In this document: piece after piece, positions 34,569 through 40,710 of the stretch
Position numbering within the stretch: the stretch's first letter is position 1
Layout of the letters: each line of letters begins with the position of its first letter
Virus genome (UHGV): UHGV-0209859
From: a virus
Direction: 5' to 3' (one strand)
DNA length: 40,710 nt
The notes under the pieces: generated by a model
Database searches by the model: none
What the model saw: only the letters and a program-made list of their open reading frames with translations
Told to the model about the DNA's origin: nothing
Made by a program: the position numbers and the translations under genes

Positions 34569-37538
34569 CTACAGCAGTGCAGGGTTGCCAACCACGCGGC
34601 GGCCTCTGCGCGCCTTTATTCTTTCCTGATTTTTGTATACGACCTCCCCATCCAGCAGTGTGGTGAGGTTTATCGTAATTTCCTGTTCGCCGGACGCTCC
34701 GGCTTCGGCCAGCGCTTCCTCCACCATCTGCTTGATGAGGCTTGCCGGGGCTTCAATGTTGGTGCCGCTGGTCTGATCGCCCAGTACAGCCAGAAACTCA
34801 CGATTCGGCGGAATGACCGCGCCCTGCGCCAGCATCGGGATCTGCGGCGCGGTAATGGGAGTAAGGGAAAATCCGATGCTCTTCCCGCCGAACAGCGGAA
34901 CCCAATCCGGGATATGCACATTCAGGTGGTTGAGAACGTCTATCACTGCGTTCATCCCGCTCACGACGCCGGAAATCATCCCGTTCATAAACCCGATGAT
35001 GCCGTTGATGATGGGCCGCAAAGCGTTTTTGATACCTTCCCATACAGAGATAAAACCGTTTTTGATATCGTCCAGCCATGCCGTGATTTTCGTCCAGATA
35101 GCTGTTATACCGTTCAACATGCCGAGCATGATATTTCTGCCCCAGCCTTCGGCCACACGGCTTGGGCTGTGCATGTCGAAGGCGTCTGCGATTCCTTCCC
35201 CGATCGGCTTGAAGATGTTTTTGTATATCCAGTCCCAGATGCCTTTTATAACGCTCCAGATGCCGTTGAGCAGGCCGGTGATGAGCTGAACGCCAAGCTC
35301 TTCCGGGTTTCCTTCGCCGGTCACGAATTGGTCGAAGCCCGCAAAAAACTGCTCTTTGATCCAGCTCCACAAATCCGAAAACGCGCCCTGGATAACTCCC
35401 CACAGTGCGCCGAATCCCGCGCCGATCACAGAACCCACCGCGTAAAACACACCCGGCCAGTCGATATTGCACAGCATATCTTTTATGCCGGTTCCTATGG
35501 CCTTCCAGTCTACGCTGTGAATCGCATCGACAAGCGCGTTGCATGCGCCGATGATTCCGTCGCTCAGGACCTGTCCCACCTGCGCCCAGTCCAGCTCGGC
35601 CAGAAAAGTGCCCAGCGTGCGGATGGCAATCGTAAATTTTGAAACGAGGAGCGCGCCGACCTGTGCGCCGTCGACTTGGCTCAGCGTACCGTTGACAAGC
35701 CCGGCCAGTTTCGCGCCCAAGCTGTTCCAGTCGAACGTGATGATAAGCCCATACGCGAAAGAGATGCCGTTCTGCAGCTTCTTTCCGAACCTTTTCCCCC
35801 AGCCGTTGGCGTCGAAACAATTCAGAATGCTGTTGGCTTTCTCGGCGAGAATAGCCCCGGCCCCTTCCCAGTCTCCACCCTTTATGGCCTCGAGCACCTG
35901 GTCGAGCAGTGTGGATTTCCCTTCAAAATCGAAGTTCGGAAGTATTTCATCCGCGCCGCCGCCACCGCCGCCTGAAGTGTCGTCCTCCTTGCCCGTGTCG
36001 ATCACGTTCAATTCGTCAAAGCCGAGTGTGTTATTGGCCTTTTGCAGGTCCTTTACGTCCTTGGCCGCGCTCCCTGCCGCGCTGCCGTAGCTGTGCATGG
36101 ATTTTGCCGCGGATTTCATGCTGCTGATGCTTTTCCCCGTCAGCAGGCTGATAAGTTTTGCGATATACGAAAATACCGTTGCCGCCGCGTTTGCCAGCGC
36201 CGACAGCGCAGGCGTGAGGGTTTGTATAATGGGCGCCGCCGCGACAGACGCCGCCCCCTTCAGATTGCTCATGGCGCCGCGCATCTGCTGCGTGCTTAAA
36301 ATGACGCTTTTCAGGTATTCGGTCATTTTCCGCAGAGCTGCGGATATCCCGTTAAAAATCAGAGCGCCGGACACGATGCTGCGCAGGCGGGCGCCGAAGC
36401 TCTGGACGCCGCCGTTTGCTTTTTTCATGCCTGAACAGAACCCGAGAACCGATTTTCCCAGTTTCCCCAGCATGGAAACGCCTTTTTTGCACCAGTCAAA
36501 TAATTTTGAGAAAAGCTTTTTTACACCGCCAACTGCCATGCCAGCGGACATCTTTCCAATGTTCAGCAGCCCTTGTTTCACTGTATTGAGCGCCGCGTGC
36601 GTTTTTTTACTCCAGCTCTCTGTGTCGTTTTCACCAAGAGCTGAATCTAATGCAGTTTCGGCATTACGCGCAGATGCAGATACTTGATCCAGTGCAAGAC
36701 GCTCACGTTCCAGGCGGGCCGTGCAATCATCAATGCGCGCCAAGGTCGCGGGGGATGGACTTCCGTTTGCACTGGCTTCGTTGGTTGCCATGCTCAAAAG
36801 CGCCGTTCTTTCGGCTCGCAGAGCCGCATATTTCTGCCGCTGCGCCTCCAAAGCATAATTAGCCTTATTTACTGCATTTACGAGAGATTCATATTCCGTT
36901 CCATATGTATCAGGAGAAATATAATCTGCGTTGACCGGACGTGCCAAAGAAGACGAGCGCTTCGGAGATGGAGCGGTATTTTTCGCTTGCTGAGTTGCAA
37001 TCTCATCCTGCTTACGCTTGGATTCTTCCAGCAATTTCTGCTGGCGCTCAAGCTCCGCGTTTTGTCTATCCCATAGGTGCACGAGTTCATCGCTGCGCTG
37101 AAGTAATTTCTGGTATTCTTTGTCCTGTGCCAGAAGACTCTCCAATACATATTGCTGATTGGGTGCTCCTTCCGGGATATAGTTGTCGCGCTTTTCGGTT
37201 CGTATCCTATCCAGTGCAGCGTTTACAGCATCGATTTCGGCTTCCGTTTTGGCAAGGCTTTTCTGTGCCGCTGCAAACGATTTGCCGACCGATTTTCCCG
37301 CAGAAACGCTCTTAGAAGAAATTGTCTCCAGCGCCTCCGCGGCCTCCTTCACAGGCTTTTCGACATTCTTTACCGCCTTTTCCGTTACTGTGGCGGCCGT
37401 ACCGGCGGCCTGCTGCAACCCAGGCAGAGATTTCTTCATGATCTCATTCAGCTTTGCCTGCACTTTTTCCAGTATTGGAAGAGCCTCATCCGCTTTCGCC
37501 TTGACGATGATCTCAAGCTCTTCTACGGTTACCGCCAT
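34569..37538 (-). CDS. Tape measure protein
   Basis: 989 aa helical; VEELEIIV N-terminus, LGFDELN, periodic Trp/Phe repeats, IPMLAQGAVI C-terminus. Confidence 0.9.
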   Translation of the reverse strand: MAVTVEELEIIVKAKADEALPILEKVQAKLNEIMKKSLPGLQQAAGTAATVTEKAVKNVEKPVKEAAEALETISSKSVSAGKSVGKSFAAAQKSLAKTEAEIDAVNAALDRIRTEKRDNYIPEGAPNQQYVLESLLAQDKEYQKLLQRSDELVHLWDRQNAELERQQKLLEESKRKQDEIATQQAKNTAPSPKRSSSLARPVNADYISPDTYGTEYESLVNAVNKANYALEAQRQKYAALRAERTALLSMATNEASANGSPSPATLARIDDCTARLERERLALDQVSASARNAETALDSALGENDTESWSKKTHAALNTVKQGLLNIGKMSAGMAVGGVKKLFSKLFDWCKKGVSMLGKLGKSVLGFCSGMKKANGGVQSFGARLRSIVSGALIFNGISAALRKMTEYLKSVILSTQQMRGAMSNLKGAASVAAAPIIQTLTPALSALANAAATVFSYIAKLISLLTGKSISSMKSAAKSMHSYGSAAGSAAKDVKDLQKANNTLGFDELNVIDTGKEDDTSGGGGGGADEILPNFDFEGKSTLLDQVLEAIKGGDWEGAGAILAEKANSILNCFDANGWGKRFGKKLQNGISFAYGLIITFDWNSLGAKLAGLVNGTLSQVDGAQVGALLVSKFTIAIRTLGTFLAELDWAQVGQVLSDGIIGACNALVDAIHSVDWKAIGTGIKDMLCNIDWPGVFYAVGSVIGAGFGALWGVIQGAFSDLWSWIKEQFFAGFDQFVTGEGNPEELGVQLITGLLNGIWSVIKGIWDWIYKNIFKPIGEGIADAFDMHSPSRVAEGWGRNIMLGMLNGITAIWTKITAWLDDIKNGFISVWEGIKNALRPIINGIIGFMNGMISGVVSGMNAVIDVLNHLNVHIPDWVPLFGGKSIGFSLTPITAPQIPMLAQGAVIPPNREFLAVLGDQTSGTNIEAPASLIKQMVEEALAEAGASGEQEITINLTTLLDGEVVYKNQERIKARRGRRVVGNPALL

Positions 37539-37570
37539 GTGTCCTCACCTCCCTGGCGACATACAGAAAT

Positions 37571-37593
37571 ACCCCGGCAGATTCTGCCGGGGT
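37571..37593 (-). terminator. GC-rich hairpin after the chaperone extension
   Basis: ACCCCGGCAG-3 nt-CTGCCGGGGT; weak U-tract on the minus strand. Confidence 0.4.
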
Positions 37594-37905
37594 CATCCCA
37601 TCAAAAATTTTGTCCATGCTTCAATTTCGGCGGCGCGCCGTTCTTCCGGCGTCATATGCCTGGGAGACTTTTTCCCAAACAGGCTCGGATACAGTTCTTT
37701 CAGGTTGAGCACTCTCGGTTTTTTCTGCTGCGTGGATATCCATTGCCGGTACAGCCCATCCAGCAGGATCGCCTGTTTCTTGAAGTCCTCTTCCTGCCGG
37801 TCGTTCTGTGCCTGCACGTATTCGCCTATCTCCCTGTGCGTCATTTCCCCAAATTCCAGCGGGGATATACCGCATGCATAGGCGGCCGCCCGGCTGGCGT
37901 CGATT
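37593..37905 (-). CDS. Tail assembly chaperone C-terminal extension (gpGT-like)
   Basis: AYACGISPLEFGEMTHREI motif; -1 frame relative to the upstream chaperone; no good RBS/ATG of its own. Confidence 0.7.
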
Positions 37906-38329
37906 ACCGCGCGCCAAGTTCGGAGGCTACCATGCCTTCGGCTACCTTGTCCACCGCGCGGTTGACGATCTCGCCCAACTCCAGCGCCGGCTCCTCCAGC
38001 CATGCCTTCAGGCGCTCCTTCGTCATCTTCCGGCCGAAAAAACCGCGTTCATTGATCTCCGTCAAAAGGTCGATGTACAAATTCTGTACCGACACCTCGC
38101 TGTTTTCCTCCAGATATGCGTCCAGCAGGTCCGCGGCGTCCTCCAGCTTCTTCAGGGCGCCGTCGGAAAGAATCAGTACCGCCGTGGTCAGGATACGGAT
38201 GTTCCCTGCCTGCGCGGCCTTCTGCCAAAAGAGCTGCGTGTCCTCGATATGCAGCCGTTCCTCCAGGAGCAGCATCAAGCGGGTTTTCAGCTTCAGCTCT
38301 ATTTCTTTTTCTTTTGTCACGATAAGCAT
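37904..38329 (-). CDS. Tail assembly chaperone (gpG-like)
   Basis: 141 aa between the major tail and tape measure genes; GGAGG RBS. Confidence 0.75.
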   Translation of the reverse strand: MLIVTKEKEIELKLKTRLMLLLEERLHIEDTQLFWQKAAQAGNIRILTTAVLILSDGALKKLEDAADLLDAYLEENSEVSVQNLYIDLLTEINERGFFGRKMTKERLKAWLEEPALELGEIVNRAVDKVAEGMVASELGAR

Positions 38330-38434
38330 TTACATTTCCTCCAGATTGTTGTGTATTTTCAGGCCGAAACGGCACTCCGCAGCATACGGTTGTAAGCATA
38401 TGCTGCGGACTACCGTCAGGTAGTCCATCGAGTA

Positions 38435-38911
38435 TCAGCCGCCGCCTCCGGTGGGAAGTCCGGTCGTCAGATCTTCAGGTGCAGTGGCTTTATAGATTTT
38501 CAGCGTACATTTCACCATGTCGTCCAGCTCCAGGGCCGCCAGCGTGATGCGGAAATCTCCTTTCCACTTTTTCACGAGTGATTTTGCCGCAGGCGTGCTG
38601 CCGGCGCTACCGTCCGGCAGTTTTACGTACCAGAACAGGTTTTTGCCCTCCAGCGCTTTCAGCGCCGTGTACTGCTCTTTGTAGTAGAGGATCTCCACCT
38701 CGATGGCGCTGAACGGCTTCACGCCCGGGACGCCGTACTCGACGTCGCTTTCCAGCGTGCGGTATGTGATGTCGTCCGGGGGCGTGTCCACCTCCGGGAT
38801 GCCCTGTACGCCGAACACCTGAGTGGGCGCAACGGTGTCCGTCTCCGCATAGTAAAGCTCGGTCAGCATCGTTGCGGACGGAGGCGTAAATTCTGCATTG
38901 TATTTCGCCAA
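38435..38911 (-). CDS. Major tail (tube) protein
   Basis: GGAGGG RBS, TTG at 38911; GIPEVDTPPDDITYRTLE motif; position after the tail completion gene. Confidence 0.75.
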   Translation of the reverse strand: MAKYNAEFTPPSATMLTELYYAETDTVAPTQVFGVQGIPEVDTPPDDITYRTLESDVEYGVPGVKPFSAIEVEILYYKEQYTALKALEGKNLFWYVKLPDGSAGSTPAAKSLVKKWKGDFRITLAALELDDMVKCTLKIYKATAPEDLTTGLPTGGGG

Positions 38912-38927
38912 AGTATATCCCTCCAGT

Positions 38928-39329
38928 TCAGTTGTTTCTTTCAAAAGTGTTGTCGATGGCGTTCCAGCGGACCTCAAAGTACCCGCCGAAACGCCATTTT
39001 TCCGTGATATCGTCCTGCTGGCTGGGCACGTTCCCGGTCTGCCGCAGGTTCAGTTTTTCCAACTCTGTGCGGAGCTGTTCAAACAGGCGCACGGCATCGA
39101 GCTGCTTATCCGCCCATACCTCAACCGTGATAGAGATATCGTAGGCGCTCCCCATATACAGGGGGCGCGCCAGCGGCACGGAAAGTGTGCAGCACGGAAA
39201 TACGGCGCGGGTGCTGGGATTTTCCAGCATCACGCTTTCTTCTTCCGGGAACAGGCCCGAATCCACCACTGCCTGCCAGAACATCACGGCAAGCTCCGCC
39301 TGATTCAGCGTGTGCAGCGGATCGTTCAT
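38928..39329 (-). CDS. Tail completion/terminator protein
   Basis: GGAGG RBS, ATG at 39329; FPC and ISITVEVW motifs; position. Confidence 0.7.
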   Translation of the reverse strand: MNDPLHTLNQAELAVMFWQAVVDSGLFPEEESVMLENPSTRAVFPCCTLSVPLARPLYMGSAYDISITVEVWADKQLDAVRLFEQLRTELEKLNLRQTGNVPSQQDDITEKWRFGGYFEVRWNAIDNTFERNN

Positions 39330-39856
39330 TGGGCGCCACCTCCTCCGGTCACAAGGGCAATAATCTCTTGCTTCACGACGTCTACGTTGTCGTCTCGGCG
39401 GTTGAACGCCGCCGGGTGGAAATACGGATGCGGCTTCATGCCGTCTACGACCCAGTATTGCGCCCCGTCGCGCCCTACGATAAGCGGATATCCGTATTTT
39501 GCGAAACTTCGCGGCACCATGCTCACATGGATAAACCACGGAATTTGCTTGGCACGCTTGAGGCGTATGGCCTCGGGATTGCCCTGATCGTCCACTTTGA
39601 CGCCTGTTCCAAATTCCACGTATGGCGCAAAACTCGTAACCCCGGTGTCGGTATATACGCGCCCGACGATTTCTCCGGTCTCGCTGTTCAGCATCTCGAC
39701 CTTGATGCACTTCCCGACGATATTTGGAGCCATCCGGATGGCCAGCTTCGCCGTGTTGTCCAAAGCGCGCCGCACACCGCGCTCCGCCGCTCCCGGCAAG
39801 CCGTCGATAATACGCTGCAGTCCCATCCCTGTACGTTTGAAATCGAAGGTCACCAT
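39326..39856 (-). CDS. HK97 gp10-like neck protein
   Basis: FAPYVEFGTG and GMKPHPYFHPA motifs. Confidence 0.8.
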   Translation of the reverse strand: MVTFDFKRTGMGLQRIIDGLPGAAERGVRRALDNTAKLAIRMAPNIVGKCIKVEMLNSETGEIVGRVYTDTGVTSFAPYVEFGTGVKVDDQGNPEAIRLKRAKQIPWFIHVSMVPRSFAKYGYPLIVGRDGAQYWVVDGMKPHPYFHPAAFNRRDDNVDVVKQEIIALVTGGGGAQ

Positions 39857-40233
39857 TTCACACGCACCGCCTCTATCAACGTTGGATTTTTGGGATGTAT
39901 GCCGCCTATGAACGCGCTGCGCACGGCCTCTACACGGTATTCTCCCTGCCCGTAATCCTCCAGGGCTTCCCCGTGTATCTCTACGGTGCGCTGCACCGCT
40001 GGCTGCGTCAGGTACAGACGGTCATCCTTACCTATGTCCGGCGGCGTTTCGCTGCGCAGCTTTATAAGCTCGTTTACGGTCTTTCCATACGCCTGGACAT
40101 CGACTTCGGAGCGGTCAGTCTGAACATTGATCTCCACCGCACGCAGGCGGGTGTATACAGTCTCCTCCTGCGCTCGGATCCGCGCGGTATGGGGCGTCGT
40201 CACCCACACGGTGCTGTTATTTTCCAGCCTCAT
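39850..40233 (-). CDS. Head closure / head-tail joining protein
   Basis: 127 aa; follows the connector gene; coupled at both ends. Confidence 0.65.
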   Translation of the reverse strand: MRLENNSTVWVTTPHTARIRAQEETVYTRLRAVEINVQTDRSEVDVQAYGKTVNELIKLRSETPPDIGKDDRLYLTQPAVQRTVEIHGEALEDYGQGEYRVEAVRSAFIGGIHPKNPTLIEAVRVKW

Positions 40234-40541
40234 AAGCGCAGCACCCGCAATCCTGCGGCCACGATATTTTTGTGCAGTGTGGCTTCAATATCTTCGTAGG
40301 TATAGCTTTGGCCGCCCGCCGTGCTGCCGGTGCTGCCCTCATCGCCGCGGCGGCGCCATGCTGCGCATACAGCGTCGCGCACCAGCTTCAGCAGAGCATC
40401 TGGGGTACTGGTACGGTTGCTGTGCATCAGGGCGGAGGCGAGAAGCCCGTCGAACAGGTCGCTAAGCTCCTCGCCCGCTTCGGACAATCCCAACTGGCGT
40501 CGGATGATGTCCAACTGCATTTCCTTATCTTCGGGCTTCAT
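40230..40541 (-). CDS. Head-tail connector protein (gp6/gp15-like)
   Basis: RRGDEGSTGSTAGGQSYTY motif. Confidence 0.85.
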   Translation of the reverse strand: MKPEDKEMQLDIIRRQLGLSEAGEELSDLFDGLLASALMHSNRTSTPDALLKLVRDAVCAAWRRRGDEGSTGSTAGGQSYTYEDIEATLHKNIVAAGLRVLRL

Positions 40542-40563
40542 CGCGCATCGCCTCCCCTATGCA

Positions 40564-40710
40564 TTACCCGGCAGCAATGATCCCGGCCGCACGCAATGCG
40601 GCCAGAAGCGCGCCAAACTCGGCCTTGGTCACAGTGTCTCCGGCAGCGTCCGAAACTGCCGCCGCTTGCTTGACACCGCCTAAGGCGTTGGGCGTTGCCG
40701 CTGGCAGTTC
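40564..40710 (-). CDS. Head fibre/decoration protein, 3' part
   Basis: ELPAATPNALGGVKQAAAV...EFGALLAALRAAGIIAAG*; in-frame continuation of 81..1. Confidence 0.85.
   Translation of the reverse strand, partial: ELPAATPNALGGVKQAAAVSDAAGDTVTKAEFGALLAALRAAGIIAAG

Noticed and set aside
1..40710. CRISPR array, tRNA or rRNA genes
   Set aside because: No repeat-spacer periodicity or cloverleaf recognised by eye; tRNAscan and Infernal were not run

Overview
The window is a complete, circularly permuted ~40.7 kb temperate siphovirus genome from a moderately GC-rich Bacillota (Clostridia-like) host; the host assignment is inference. A head-fibre gene reads in frame across the 40710/1 junction, and an intact attP-like site lies inside the 3' end of a large serine integrase gene, so this looks like the excised circle. 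Almost all genes are on the minus strand: early/replication (21.9-9.5 kb), packaging and head (7.1 kb-1), then neck, tail and lysis (40.7-27.8 kb). The plus strand carries the lysogeny operon (XRE repressor, ImmA/IrrE protease, an unusual FtsK-motor/FtsK-gamma/Mrr-nuclease/transmembrane fusion, serine integrase), an AT-rich DUF2971-type moron, and an IS5-family element that splits a DNA methyltransferase gene. The best candidates for undescribed biology are the membrane-anchored FtsK-Mrr fusion, a long structured non-coding leader where cro would normally be, and a MuF minor capsid protein with a JAB-like C-terminal domain plus a coupled small gene. All product calls come from motif recognition and gene order by eye; no searches were run.
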